In this document: one piece after another, positions 42,908-51,754 of the stretch
How positions within the stretch are numbered: the stretch's first letter is position 1
How the letters are laid out: every line of letters begins with the position of its first letter
NCBI GenBank assembly: GCA_025350815.1
Contig: JANXXE010000193.1
Span: 1,671 to 65,670 of the forward strand
Length of the DNA stretch: 64,000 nt
Reading direction: 5' to 3'
From: Myxococcales bacterium
GTDB lineage: Bacteria; Myxococcota_A; Polyangia; Fen-1088
Program-made: the position numbers and the translations under genes
The notes under the pieces: model-generated
What the model saw: the letters and a program-made list of their open reading frames with translations, nothing else
The model's database searches: none
What the model was told of the DNA's origin: nothing

Positions 42908-44641
42908 ATGGTCAGGTTCGACTTCAACCCTAAACAGTTCGGTCGACTGGGATTCGCCCTGGCCGGTCTATTGGCCGCATCGTGCACCGGGTCGATAGAG
43001 ATGATGGGCGCGGGCGCGGGCACTGTCGTCGACCCCGGGGCGGCCCCGGCCAACAAGCCACCGCAGATGACCGGGACCGGCGGCGCCGGCGGGACTACCC
43101 AGGACCCGCCGCCCCCCACCGGGATCCCGTCGGCCGTCTGCAAGCCGTCTGTCTCGGTCTCAACCCCTATCCGCCGCCTGTCGCGTCGTGAATACAACAA
43201 CACGGTCGCCGATCTGATTGGCGACAAGACGGCGCCCGCGGCGGGCTTCCCGCCCGAATTGATAACGACCGGCTTCGATACGGCGGCCGATGCCTCGATG
43301 CTGAACGAGGGCATCGTCGACAATTACCTCGATGCGGCCCAGGTTCTGGCCCAGGCGGGCGCGGCCAATCTTCCGGCCCTGCTGGGCTGCGATCCCGCGA
43401 CCAAGGGCGAGGACGTTTGCGCCGGTCAGTTCATCACCGGCTTCGGGCGTCGCGCCTTTCGCCGGCCCCTGACGCCTGAAGAACAGGGGCGTTACCAGGC
43501 CTTGTATGCAGCCACCAAGAAGACAGCCGGATTTGCGACCAGCATCGAACTGGTCCTGCGGGCGTTCCTGCTGGCGCCCCAGTTCATGTATCGGGTCGAA
43601 ACCGGCAACCAGCCGGGGCCACGTCCCGGCCTGCTGAAGCCCACGCCTTATGAAATGGCGACGCGCCTGTCCTATTTCATCTGGGGCTCGGCACCGGATG
43701 ATGAATTGCTGGCGGCCGCTGATGCCGGTCGGCTTGCAACCGCCGAACAGGTTGCCGCCCAGGCGCAAAGACTGCTGGCGCACGACAACGGCGGCCGCCT
43801 GATTCGCAGTTTTTACGGTCAATTACTGGGCCTCGGTCGGCTGGCCGATCTTTCACGGGGCCCGCTGTTTTCGGCCAGGCTTGCCTCGGCCATGCAACAG
43901 GAAATCGACCTGTACTTCGACACGATGATCCGCAAGCGCAAGGCAACCTGGCCCGAACTGCTGACAAGTCCCGTCGGCTTTGTTAATACCGACTCGGCGC
44001 CGGTTTACGGAATGTCGGGGGTTTCCGGATTGCAGCTTCGCGAGATCGCGCGTCCGGCCGATCGCTACCGTGGCTTTTTGACCATGCCGGCGTTCCTGAC
44101 GATGCGGGCGCTTCCCAATCAGGGCTCGCCCATTCTGCGCGGGAAATTCATTCGCGAGAAGATTCTGTGTCAGCACATCCCCGACCCACCGCCCAACGTC
44201 GACACCAAGCTGGCGCCCGCGGACGCGACGACCACGGCGCGGCAGATCCTCGAGGCCAAGACCCAGACGGTGCAACCCTGCATGACGTGTCACACGCTGC
44301 TCAATCCGCCGGGATTTGCCTTCGGGAACTTCGACCAGATCGGGGCCTGGAACGTCACCGATGCCGAGAAGCGCAACATCGAAACCGGTGGCTCACTGGA
44401 GGGCACGGATGTCGACGGGACCTTCAAGGGGCACCTTGACCTGATAGACAAGCTGGCGAAAAGCGAAGAAACAGCAAGTTGCGTGGGCAAGGTCTGGTTC
44501 CGCTATGCCATGGCCCGCATGGAATCTGTCGACGACGGATGCATCCAGCGGGATCTGTTGGAAACCTTCAAGGCGTCGAAGGGCGACATTCAACAGGTCC
44601 TGCTGAAACTTGTTACCACCGACGCATTTCTTTACCGCTAA
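42908..44641 (+). CDS. DUF1592/DUF1588-family lipoprotein (partner of DUF1552)
   Basis: ORF track 42764..44641; ATG at 42908 gives MVRFDFNPKQFGRLGFALAGLLAASCTG (lipobox). RRLSRREYNNTVADLIGDK...FPPE...GFDT, RRAFRRPLTPEE and FMYRVE match my memory of the DUF1587/1592/1595/1588/1585 architecture. A CxxC-H-like CMTCHTLLNP lies near the C-terminus. Confidence 0.7.
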   Translation: MVRFDFNPKQFGRLGFALAGLLAASCTGSIEMMGAGAGTVVDPGAAPANKPPQMTGTGGAGGTTQDPPPPTGIPSAVCKPSVSVSTPIRRLSRREYNNTVADLIGDKTAPAAGFPPELITTGFDTAADASMLNEGIVDNYLDAAQVLAQAGAANLPALLGCDPATKGEDVCAGQFITGFGRRAFRRPLTPEEQGRYQALYAATKKTAGFATSIELVLRAFLLAPQFMYRVETGNQPGPRPGLLKPTPYEMATRLSYFIWGSAPDDELLAAADAGRLATAEQVAAQAQRLLAHDNGGRLIRSFYGQLLGLGRLADLSRGPLFSARLASAMQQEIDLYFDTMIRKRKATWPELLTSPVGFVNTDSAPVYGMSGVSGLQLREIARPADRYRGFLTMPAFLTMRALPNQGSPILRGKFIREKILCQHIPDPPPNVDTKLAPADATTTARQILEAKTQTVQPCMTCHTLLNPPGFAFGNFDQIGAWNVTDAEKRNIETGGSLEGTDVDGTFKGHLDLIDKLAKSEETASCVGKVWFRYAMARMESVDDGCIQRDLLETFKASKGDIQQVLLKLVTTDAFLYR

Positions 44642-44666
44642 GAGCAAGACCTCGGAGACCAGATCC

Positions 44667-46040
44667 ATGAAACTTTCTCGACGGACAATGTTGCGCGGCC
44701 TGGGCGGCGTATCGGTCGCCCTGCCGTTTCTCGAATCTGCGGGCACGGTCTTCGGTGCGGCCGGGCAGGCGCCGAAACGCGTGGTCTTCATCTTCAGCAG
44801 CACCGGCAGCGTGCGCAAAAACTGGAAACCCGCGACGGTGGGGCCCAATCCCGCCCCAACGCCGATCCTGAAGCCACTGTGTACCCCTGAACTGAAGCCG
44901 TACCTGACAGCCCTTTCAGGTCTCAACATGGATGCCGGCGGCGGGGTCAATACGCACCTCGAGGGCATGGCCACTTGCATGACGGCCTCGCAAAACAAGG
45001 GCGATTTTGCTTCCGGCATCAGCATCGACACGGCAATTGGCAAAAACTTCAAGGGCGTAACGCCCTTCGAGTCATTGCAATTTGGTGTCAATACCAGAAA
45101 TCCGCCCAACGGATTTGGCGATTCGTTCATCACCTACCGGGAAAAAGCCGGCGGCGGGGTCGAGGGCCTCTACCCCGAAGACAACCCCATCACGATGTAC
45201 GGCAAGCTGTTCGCGAATATCTCCGCGAACGGCGCGCCATCGCCTTTGATGGTGCAGCAACTGGCCCAAAATCGCAGCGTTCTGGACTTCGTGATTGACG
45301 AACACAAGCGACTGGCGGCCACGCTGTCGGGGGCCGATCGCTCGCGACTGGAAGAACACGCGACGATGATTCGCAATCTGGAACAGCGCCTGGCGATTGT
45401 GAATACCACCTGCACCAAACCGAAGCAGGCGCTGACAACTGTCGGCTCCACGTCCGCCGGCAGCAATGTCCGTCCTATTGCTGAGATGCACATGGATATG
45501 ATTGCGGCGGCGTTCGCCTGCGATCTGACGCGCGTGGCGACGTTGCAATTTAGTACCGGCGAGTCGGCCCTGAACTGGGACGACGTCGACAAGTCCCTGA
45601 ACTTTCGCGCGAGTGGAACTTCGTGGTGGCACGGCATTTCGCATCAGCCGGTCAACTGGGATCCGACCACGGCGACGGGCAATGACCGGGATGCACTGAC
45701 GGCCATCACGGGAATCCAGGCCTGGTTTGCCGAGCGAATCGCGTCACTGGCCATGCGGATGAAGGGCTATACCGACAGCGACGGCAAGACCGTCCTCGAC
45801 AACTCGCTTATCGTCTGGGTCACCGAGGTCGCCGAGGGCAACCACCGGATGTCAGATATGCCCTACACGGCCGTGGGTAATCTGGGCGGCGCGTTGAAGT
45901 CCAACATCCACCTGGCCTACAACAAGCGTCAGCACGGGGATCTTTTTGCGACCATTGGCACGGCGATGGGCCTACCCGGTTTCACGACATTCGGCCGACA
46001 GGGCTATTCCCAGGGCCCGCTGACCGACTGGCTGGCGTAA
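44667..46040 (+). CDS. DUF1552-family protein with Tat signal
   Basis: ORF track 44610..46040; ATG at 44667 gives MKLSRRTMLRGLGGVSVALPFLES, the Tat-type N-terminus characteristic of DUF1552. It lies 25 bp downstream of the DUF1592-like gene. Confidence 0.7.
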   Translation: MKLSRRTMLRGLGGVSVALPFLESAGTVFGAAGQAPKRVVFIFSSTGSVRKNWKPATVGPNPAPTPILKPLCTPELKPYLTALSGLNMDAGGGVNTHLEGMATCMTASQNKGDFASGISIDTAIGKNFKGVTPFESLQFGVNTRNPPNGFGDSFITYREKAGGGVEGLYPEDNPITMYGKLFANISANGAPSPLMVQQLAQNRSVLDFVIDEHKRLAATLSGADRSRLEEHATMIRNLEQRLAIVNTTCTKPKQALTTVGSTSAGSNVRPIAEMHMDMIAAAFACDLTRVATLQFSTGESALNWDDVDKSLNFRASGTSWWHGISHQPVNWDPTTATGNDRDALTAITGIQAWFAERIASLAMRMKGYTDSDGKTVLDNSLIVWVTEVAEGNHRMSDMPYTAVGNLGGALKSNIHLAYNKRQHGDLFATIGTAMGLPGFTTFGRQGYSQGPLTDWLA

Positions 46041-46070
46041 AGACCACAAAGAAAACGTTCTTCAAGACAA

Positions 46071-46094
46071 GTGTGTCGTGCAGTAGAGACACAC
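46071..46094 (+). terminator. Candidate stem-loop terminator after the DUF1552 gene
   Basis: GTGTGTC (46071-46077), a 10-nt loop, then GACACAC (46088-46094), followed by atttcgaataaaat. The stem is only 7 bp and the U-tract is interrupted, so support is weak. Confidence 0.3.
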
Positions 46095-46211
46095 ATTTCG
46101 AATAAAATCGTCTGCCTGCTGCGTTAATGTGTCCCGGTTAACAACGTGCATCGGCAGTAACATACTTTGTTCTAGACCACCGACGGACCCGTAGCTAAAG
46201 ATGGAGGTCCA

Positions 46212-47186
46212 TTGTTGAATCGATGTTTGGCCTTTTTGTGCCTCCCGGTTTTGTGTCTGAGTGCATGCGCCCAGTCCAAGACTTCTGCCGGGGCGTCCGT
46301 GCCGCCGGGTACGGATGACATGGATATTCCCGCCCAGACGGCGCGGGATGCGGCCGCCGGCCAGGGGATCGATGCGGCCACCGGGCCCGGGGCGATGGCG
46401 TCTGACAGCGGTGTACGACCCGCTACAGACGCGCCTGCCTCGGCCGGGGGCGCGGACGCTGCGGCGTCTGTCGGTGCCGATGCCGGCGCGGGCGACGCGG
46501 CCCTGGCGCCCGTGCACTGCCAGAACCCGAATATTCTTTTTTGCGAGGATTTCGAAAGCGGCATGATCGACCTTGAACGTTGGCGGCCCAACGCGAACAA
46601 GGGTGTTGCCACTGTTGATTCGACCAAGGCAGCGCGCGGCAAGTACTCGCTGCACGCCACGCCCATCGACAACGCCACCGACGGATACCATCTGGGCGGC
46701 GTGACGACCAGGGCGTGGTTCCCGGTCGCGGGCCAGCGGCTGTTCATCCGGGCCTTCGTTTACATCATGCCCAACGGAACCGCCCGGCATTACGGCGTGC
46801 TTCTGGCGGCGGGGACGACCCGGTACCACGTCGACGTGATCCCCAGTACAGCCGCCCTGAATTCGCCCATCAATTATCGGCTTCTGTGGGACCACGGCGC
46901 AAGCCCGGATCCCTCGGCGACTTACGGAAACCCGTGGACGCTGACGCCCACCGGGCGCTGGGCCTGCTGGGAATGGGAATTGCGTGGCACCAACAACGAG
47001 GTGCATTTCGCCATCGATGACGTCGAGATTCCCGGTTTGAAAGTCGATTCTTCGATGAATTGGACGGCGCCTCCGATGGCGCAACTTCGTTTTGGTCTGG
47101 AAGCGTTCCACCCTTCGGACCCCGGGTTCGGTGTGTGGATCGACGAGATTGCGGTTAGCGCCCAGAAGATCGGCTGCGCCCTTTAG
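46212..47186 (+). CDS. ConA/LamG-like domain lipoprotein (paralog 2 of 4)
   Basis: ORF track 324 aa (TTG start). The lipobox is VLCLSACA. An Ala/Asp/Gly linker follows. Then: CQNPNILFCEDFESGMIDLERWRPN...RWACWEWELRGTNNEVHFAIDD...FGVWIDEIAVSAQKIGCAL*. Confidence 0.8.
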   Translation: MLNRCLAFLCLPVLCLSACAQSKTSAGASVPPGTDDMDIPAQTARDAAAGQGIDAATGPGAMASDSGVRPATDAPASAGGADAAASVGADAGAGDAALAPVHCQNPNILFCEDFESGMIDLERWRPNANKGVATVDSTKAARGKYSLHATPIDNATDGYHLGGVTTRAWFPVAGQRLFIRAFVYIMPNGTARHYGVLLAAGTTRYHVDVIPSTAALNSPINYRLLWDHGASPDPSATYGNPWTLTPTGRWACWEWELRGTNNEVHFAIDDVEIPGLKVDSSMNWTAPPMAQLRFGLEAFHPSDPGFGVWIDEIAVSAQKIGCAL

Positions 47187-47204
47187 AGGCGAGGAGGTAG
47201 ATCG

Positions 47205-48452
47205 ATGCGTACCAACCTGTTGTTGCCTTTGTCCGTCGTCGTCCTGCTGGCTGCGGCCGCCCAATCGGCGCACGCACAGTGTCCTGCGCACACCGTGGAT
47301 TACATGGGCTTCAAGGGCCGCGACTACAAGGATCCGGTTTCGGGAGCCATATTGCCCTATCGTTATTTCATCCCGGCGGGCTACGATCCAAAGAAGGCCT
47401 ATCCCCTGGTTCTGTACCTTCACCACGCGGGTCTTGCCGGGGACGTGCAGCCGTCGAAGACGACCGACAACTGCAAGCAACTGACGGAAGAGATCGGTTC
47501 TGGCGGTTACGGCGGGGTGTTCAAGAACAGCGCGCAGGCCAAGTACCCGCACTTCATCATCGCCCCGCACGCCCAACACAATACCTACGGCTGGGGCGGT
47601 GGCATGGAGGGATCGTTGGCCAGTCCCCCGCACGAAATCCAGGCCCTTGTTTACGGAATCCTGTCCGATATACGTCGCGAGTTCACGATTGATCCCAAGC
47701 GCATCTACATTACCGGTATCTCGATGGGCTGTTTTGGCACCTGGGACATGATTATGCGCAACCCGACCTATTTCGCCGCGGCGTCGCCCCAATCGTGCGG
47801 CGGTGATCCGGCCGGATTGCCGAAGGTGGTTAACTTGCCGATCTGGGATTTCTGCGGGTCGGCCGACCAACTGTTCGCGGTGCAATCGAACAAGATTGCG
47901 GCGGCCTTCAAGGCCATGAATCCCCTCGATTTCACCTACACCCTCATTCAGGGCGCCGGACATTCTGTGCACAACCTCGGTTACGACTGGACGGGCCCGC
48001 CCAGCTTGATCGATTGGATATTTTCCAAAACCAACAAGTTTTCGCCCGGTGCCGACGGTGGCCCGCCGGGAACGGTCTCCGATGCCGGCGCGGGCGGCGC
48101 CAAGGACACGGGCGGGGCTGACACAGCGGGGGCAAGTCCTGACTCGGCATCCGGCATGAAGGCCGACGCGGCAGCCACGTCTTCACCGTCGTCACCAGAC
48201 AGCGGGTCGACCGGCTCGACCACGGGCCCGGGCGGCGGGACGGCGAAGGATGCCGGCAGCGCCCCCGTCGACGAGGATCCCGCCGTGGGCGGAACGCCGA
48301 CGCGCAAACAGAGCGGCGGCTTCCTGGGTTGCGCCGTCGGTGCCGGAACTCCAGGGCGACAATCCCGCCCGTCGACGCTGTTCGGCCTGCTGGTGCTCGG
48401 TCTCGCCGTCACACTGCGTTTCGGCCGCCGCCGGTTCAGCGCGGACCCGTAG
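47205..48452 (+). CDS. Secreted alpha/beta-hydrolase (COG4099-like esterase/peptidase) with MYXO-CTERM-like tag
   Basis: ORF track 415 aa. The signal peptide is LLLPLSVVVLLAAAAQSAHA. Also present: ILPYRYFIPAGYDPKKAYPLVLYLHHAG and the nucleophile elbow GISMG. A low-complexity linker is followed by GGFLGCAVGAG...LFGLLVLGLAVTLRFGRRR. Confidence 0.8.
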   Translation: MRTNLLLPLSVVVLLAAAAQSAHAQCPAHTVDYMGFKGRDYKDPVSGAILPYRYFIPAGYDPKKAYPLVLYLHHAGLAGDVQPSKTTDNCKQLTEEIGSGGYGGVFKNSAQAKYPHFIIAPHAQHNTYGWGGGMEGSLASPPHEIQALVYGILSDIRREFTIDPKRIYITGISMGCFGTWDMIMRNPTYFAAASPQSCGGDPAGLPKVVNLPIWDFCGSADQLFAVQSNKIAAAFKAMNPLDFTYTLIQGAGHSVHNLGYDWTGPPSLIDWIFSKTNKFSPGADGGPPGTVSDAGAGGAKDTGGADTAGASPDSASGMKADAAATSSPSSPDSGSTGSTTGPGGGTAKDAGSAPVDEDPAVGGTPTRKQSGGFLGCAVGAGTPGRQSRPSTLFGLLVLGLAVTLRFGRRRFSADP

Positions 48453-48545
48453 CCCGGCGGCCCGGCCCCTGGGCCGGCGTGAGCATTTGGTCTTCCCAGC
48501 GGAACGTACGCAAGGTACGTTCACCGGCCTGGAGGACACAGAGCA

Positions 48546-50009
48546 ATGCCAGACAATATCGCCACAGCCGACATCGGACTGATTGGCCTCGCCGTCATGG
48601 GCCAGAACGTGGTCCTGAACATGAACGACCACGGCTACGTGGTGTCGGTGTTCAACCGGACGACTTCCAAGGTGGACGACTTTTTGGCCAACGAGGCGAA
48701 GGGCACGAAGATCATCGGCACGCACTCGATAGCAGATCTGTGCCGGACGCTGAAGCGCCCGCGCCGGGTCATGCTGCTGGTGAAAGCCGGCAACCCCGTC
48801 GACGAGTTCATTGATCTAATCGTGCCGCATCTGGAACCGGGCGACATCATCATCGACGGCGGCAACTCGCACTTTCCTGATTCGATCCGGCGGACCAAGC
48901 AGCTTGAAGCGAAGGGCCTGCTGTTCATCGGCACGGGCGTGTCCGGCGGCGAGGAAGGGGCGCGACACGGCCCCTCGATGATGCCGGGTGGCTCGGGCGC
49001 CGCGTGGCCGCACGTAAAGGAGATCTTCCAGGCCATCTGCGCGAAAACGCCTCAGGGCGAGCCCTGCTGCGACTGGGTCGGTGAGGACGGCGCCGGCCAT
49101 TACGTAAAGATGGTTCACAACGGCATCGAATACGGCGACATGCAGCTGATCTCCGAGGCCTACCATCTGATGAAAGAGGGCGTCGGGCTTTCGAACGACG
49201 TTATGCAGAAGGCCTTCGCAAACTGGAACGAGGGCGAGCTTGATTCGTTCCTGATCCAGATCACCAGCGAGATCCTGGCCGTCAAGGACGATCAGGGCCG
49301 GCATGTGATCGACACGATCCTGGACGCTGCCGGCCAGAAGGGCACCGGCAAATGGACGGTGTCGTCGGCGGCCGAGCTGGGCGTGCCGATGACGCTGGTG
49401 GGTGAGGCCGTGTTCAGCCGCTGTCTGTCGTCGCTGAAGGACGAGCGCGTCGCCGCATCGAAGGTGTTGCGCGGGCCGCAGGCGACGTTCTCGGGCGATC
49501 GCGATGCATTCGTTGAGGACATCCGTCGCGCGATGTACGCCGCGAAGATCGTTTCTTATGCGCAGGGCTACATGCTGATGCGCGAAGCTGCCAAAGAGAA
49601 CAAGTGGACGCTGAACTACGGCGGCGTCGCCCTGATGTGGCGGGGTGGCTGCATCATCCGCAGCCGCTTCCTCGGCAAGATTCGCGACGCGTTCGCCAAG
49701 AATCCAGACCTGAGCAACCTGCTGATGGACGACTTCTTCCGTCAGGCGATCGACGATTGTCAGGCGGCCTGGCGACGGGTCGTGGCGCGCGCCGCCGAGA
49801 CGGGAATTCCGGTGCCAGCGATATCGTCGGCGCTGTCCTTCTTCGACGGCTACCGCCACGGCTGGCTGCCGGCGAACATGCTGCAAGCCCAGCGCGACTA
49901 CTTCGGGGCGCACACCTACGAGCGCATCGACCGCCCGCGCGGCCAGTTCTTCCACACGAACTGGACCGGCCGCGGCGGTCGCGTGGCGTCGTCGTCGTAC
50001 ACGGTCTGA
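48546..50009 (+). CDS. gnd: 6-phosphogluconate dehydrogenase (decarboxylating)
   Basis: ORF track 487 aa. Present: IGLIGLAVMGQNVVLN, DGGNSHF, GTGVSGGEEGARHGPSMMPGG, MVHNGIEYGDMQLI. Confidence 0.95.
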   Translation: MPDNIATADIGLIGLAVMGQNVVLNMNDHGYVVSVFNRTTSKVDDFLANEAKGTKIIGTHSIADLCRTLKRPRRVMLLVKAGNPVDEFIDLIVPHLEPGDIIIDGGNSHFPDSIRRTKQLEAKGLLFIGTGVSGGEEGARHGPSMMPGGSGAAWPHVKEIFQAICAKTPQGEPCCDWVGEDGAGHYVKMVHNGIEYGDMQLISEAYHLMKEGVGLSNDVMQKAFANWNEGELDSFLIQITSEILAVKDDQGRHVIDTILDAAGQKGTGKWTVSSAAELGVPMTLVGEAVFSRCLSSLKDERVAASKVLRGPQATFSGDRDAFVEDIRRAMYAAKIVSYAQGYMLMREAAKENKWTLNYGGVALMWRGGCIIRSRFLGKIRDAFAKNPDLSNLLMDDFFRQAIDDCQAAWRRVVARAAETGIPVPAISSALSFFDGYRHGWLPANMLQAQRDYFGAHTYERIDRPRGQFFHTNWTGRGGRVASSSYTV

Positions 50010-50090
50010 ATCACGCGCGGTGGGCGGGACTGGAATGGCCTGCCGGTCACTCTAGGGATAGTGGGTCCGAGTCCCGCCGCGCCCGCCAAG

Positions 50091-50385
50091 TCACTGGCAT
50101 CCGATCACCTGAAGGCCGACGGCCCTCGCGGCCAGGCCAAGCGCTTGATCATGGGTTGCCATCACCAAGGCGGTGCTGCTCCGCTCGCTCCACAAAAGGG
50201 CCGTGGCAAGATGCAACGCATCGAGGGTTCCAAGTGCGGTCGGAAACGCTATCCAGCGTGCGAACGCATTCCACCTCGGCGAGGGCGCTGGTGACGCCGG
50301 ATTCGATGGAATTCCACTGGGCCAACTTTCCCGGCTGGCCGAGGACGATTCTCAAAAGAACCGACGAATCAAGGTAAGCGATCAC
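50091..50385 (-). pseudogene. PIN-domain (VapC-like) toxin gene, frameshifted and internally shortened
   Basis: GTG at 50385 gives (M)IAYLDSSVLLRIVLGQPGKLAQWNSIESGVTSALAEVECVRTLD..., the PIN N-terminus with the DSS and E acidic residues. The expected C-terminus, LGTLDALHLATALLWSERSSTALVMATHDQALGLAARAVGLQVIGCQ*, is in a different frame, with its stop at 50091-50093. The joined length of ~100 aa is shorter than a typical PIN toxin. Confidence 0.6.
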
Positions 50386-50560
50386 GATCCGCCCGCTCGC
50401 TCGCCAGCAACTCCACGATATCGACTTTGACAGAAAGGGGCGGCGGTAGCCGGATGTCTCGTGGTTTTCGAGCGCCGACAAGCGGACGGCGGATTGAAAG
50501 ATCTCCTAATTGCGCTTCGATCGGCACGATGCGAGCGATCGGCGTATCCCGGTCGAGCAC
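50369..50560 (-). pseudogene. Phd/YefM-like antitoxin remnant (N-terminally truncated)
   Basis: ORF track 63 aa (GTG start): (M)LDRDTPIARIVPIEAQ... resembles the ...R-x-G-x-PVA-x-LVP segment from the middle of Phd/YefM antitoxins. The in-frame upstream sequence ...ARVANRTTYGSTVAV has no start codon back to the TAG at ~50640. It overlaps the PIN start by 17 nt. Confidence 0.45.
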
Positions 50561-50657
50561 CGCAACGGTACTCCCATATGTGGTCCTGTTAGCAACGCGG
50601 GCCGCCCATGGATGTGATACCTTGCTGCGTCCCCAAACCTATTGACGGAGCCTATCT

Positions 50658-51398
50658 ATGAACTTGAGACGCACGATTCTTCTGATCGGAGGCTTCGGCT
50701 TCCTAATTGCCGCTTGTAGCAGCAGTTCGACCCCCGCCAAGGACGCGGCGCCGACCGCTGGCGACGGTTCGACCACGGCGACCGACACCGCCACAACCCA
50801 GACCGACGCGGCGGACGTTAAGGCGGGCGCGGACGCGGCCGGCCCTCTGACCGACACGGCAGGGATGGCGGTCGACGCGGCGACTAAGGCGGACGCGGCC
50901 GCGACTCAGGCCGACACGGCAGGGGTGGCGGTCGACGCGGCGACGACCGACGCCCTGGTGGGCAACGCGGACACCGCGGCCAGTTCGTGCACGACGTCGG
51001 ACGCGGGCGCGGCCTGCAACGCGCTGACCAACACGGCCCCCGCGATAACGATTGGCACGGCGACGGGCGACGTGCCTGCGGGTACAGGCGGAACGATCGT
51101 GTCGGGGACCTACTTCCTGACCGAACTCAAGGTGTACCCCGGATCCGCGGTTCCAAGCGGCATCCAGTTCATGCAGACGTTGGTGATTTCGGGCTGCGTT
51201 GCCCAACTGGTCGAGGGATCAACCACGCACAAGACGTTTAGCCTCACGCCCGTCGGCACCGTGCCCAACTGGAACATGGTGTGCACCTCGAAGGCCGGAG
51301 ATACGCCCGTTATCGTTTCCGGATACACCGCGACCGCGACGACGTTCGCGATGTACAGCGCCACCAGCAAATTCCACGCGGTTTACACCAAGCAGTAG
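50658..51398 (+). CDS. Lipoprotein, function unknown (repetitive Ala/Asp/Thr linker and ~130-aa C-terminal domain)
   Basis: ORF track 246 aa. The lipobox is FLIAACSS. The linker contains a 60-bp tandem repeat. The C-terminal domain is CTTSDAGAACNAL...TYFLTELKVYPGS...MVCTSKAGDTPVIVSGYTATATTFAMYS. Confidence 0.7.
   Translation: MNLRRTILLIGGFGFLIAACSSSSTPAKDAAPTAGDGSTTATDTATTQTDAADVKAGADAAGPLTDTAGMAVDAATKADAAATQADTAGVAVDAATTDALVGNADTAASSCTTSDAGAACNALTNTAPAITIGTATGDVPAGTGGTIVSGTYFLTELKVYPGSAVPSGIQFMQTLVISGCVAQLVEGSTTHKTFSLTPVGTVPNWNMVCTSKAGDTPVIVSGYTATATTFAMYSATSKFHAVYTKQ
50821..50950. repeat. 60-bp tandem direct repeat (2 copies and the start of a third) in the lipoprotein linker
   Basis: Rows 50821 and 50881 align column for column: ggacgcggcc in both, and ccgacacggc aggg(a/g)tggcg gtcgacgcgg in both. 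This encodes TDTAG[MV]AVDAAT twice. Confidence 0.9.
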
Positions 51399-51754
51399 TC
51401 ACTTCGACGGCCGAGAAGCCGAAGGCCGGATTGCCGGACGCGCTGGCGCAGAATCGCTTCGGGCTGTCCCAGAATCGTGCCACCCGGCATGCCCGTCGCG
51501 CGCGCCACCTGCGGACGGTCAAAGCTTCAGGGCGTTGCCCAGCACAACGCCCTTCACATCAACCTCGGACATCGACGGCGCTGGCCGGCGCTGGCGGATA
51601 GAACAGGTCGGCCGACACAATCACGGGCACGCGCGCAACAGCGGGCACCACCCCCTGCATGGCTGGCCCGCCTAGTCTACGGCACGCCGAACCCGCAACA
51701 TCACTCAATCCTGTAGCCGAATCCCCTTGGTCGGACATCAGGATAGTGGTCGAC

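Noticed and set aside
42787-43323. 179-codon N-terminal extension of the aroB ORF
   Set aside because: AroB homology begins at MLGAIVITVPVPLGDRRYDV (ATG 42786). The extension overlaps the divergent DUF1592-like gene and has no recognisable features.
46062-47972. 636-aa ORF on the minus strand
   Set aside because: It is antisense to the ConA-like lipoprotein and esterase genes. The sequence is Arg/Gly-rich and low in information, so I treat it as a shadow ORF.
51399-51754. 356-bp gap with short protein-like stretches on the minus strand (e.g. GVVPAVARVPVIVSADLFY)
   Set aside because: No continuous frame, start codon or nameable motif is present. It may be a gene relic, but I cannot support a call.
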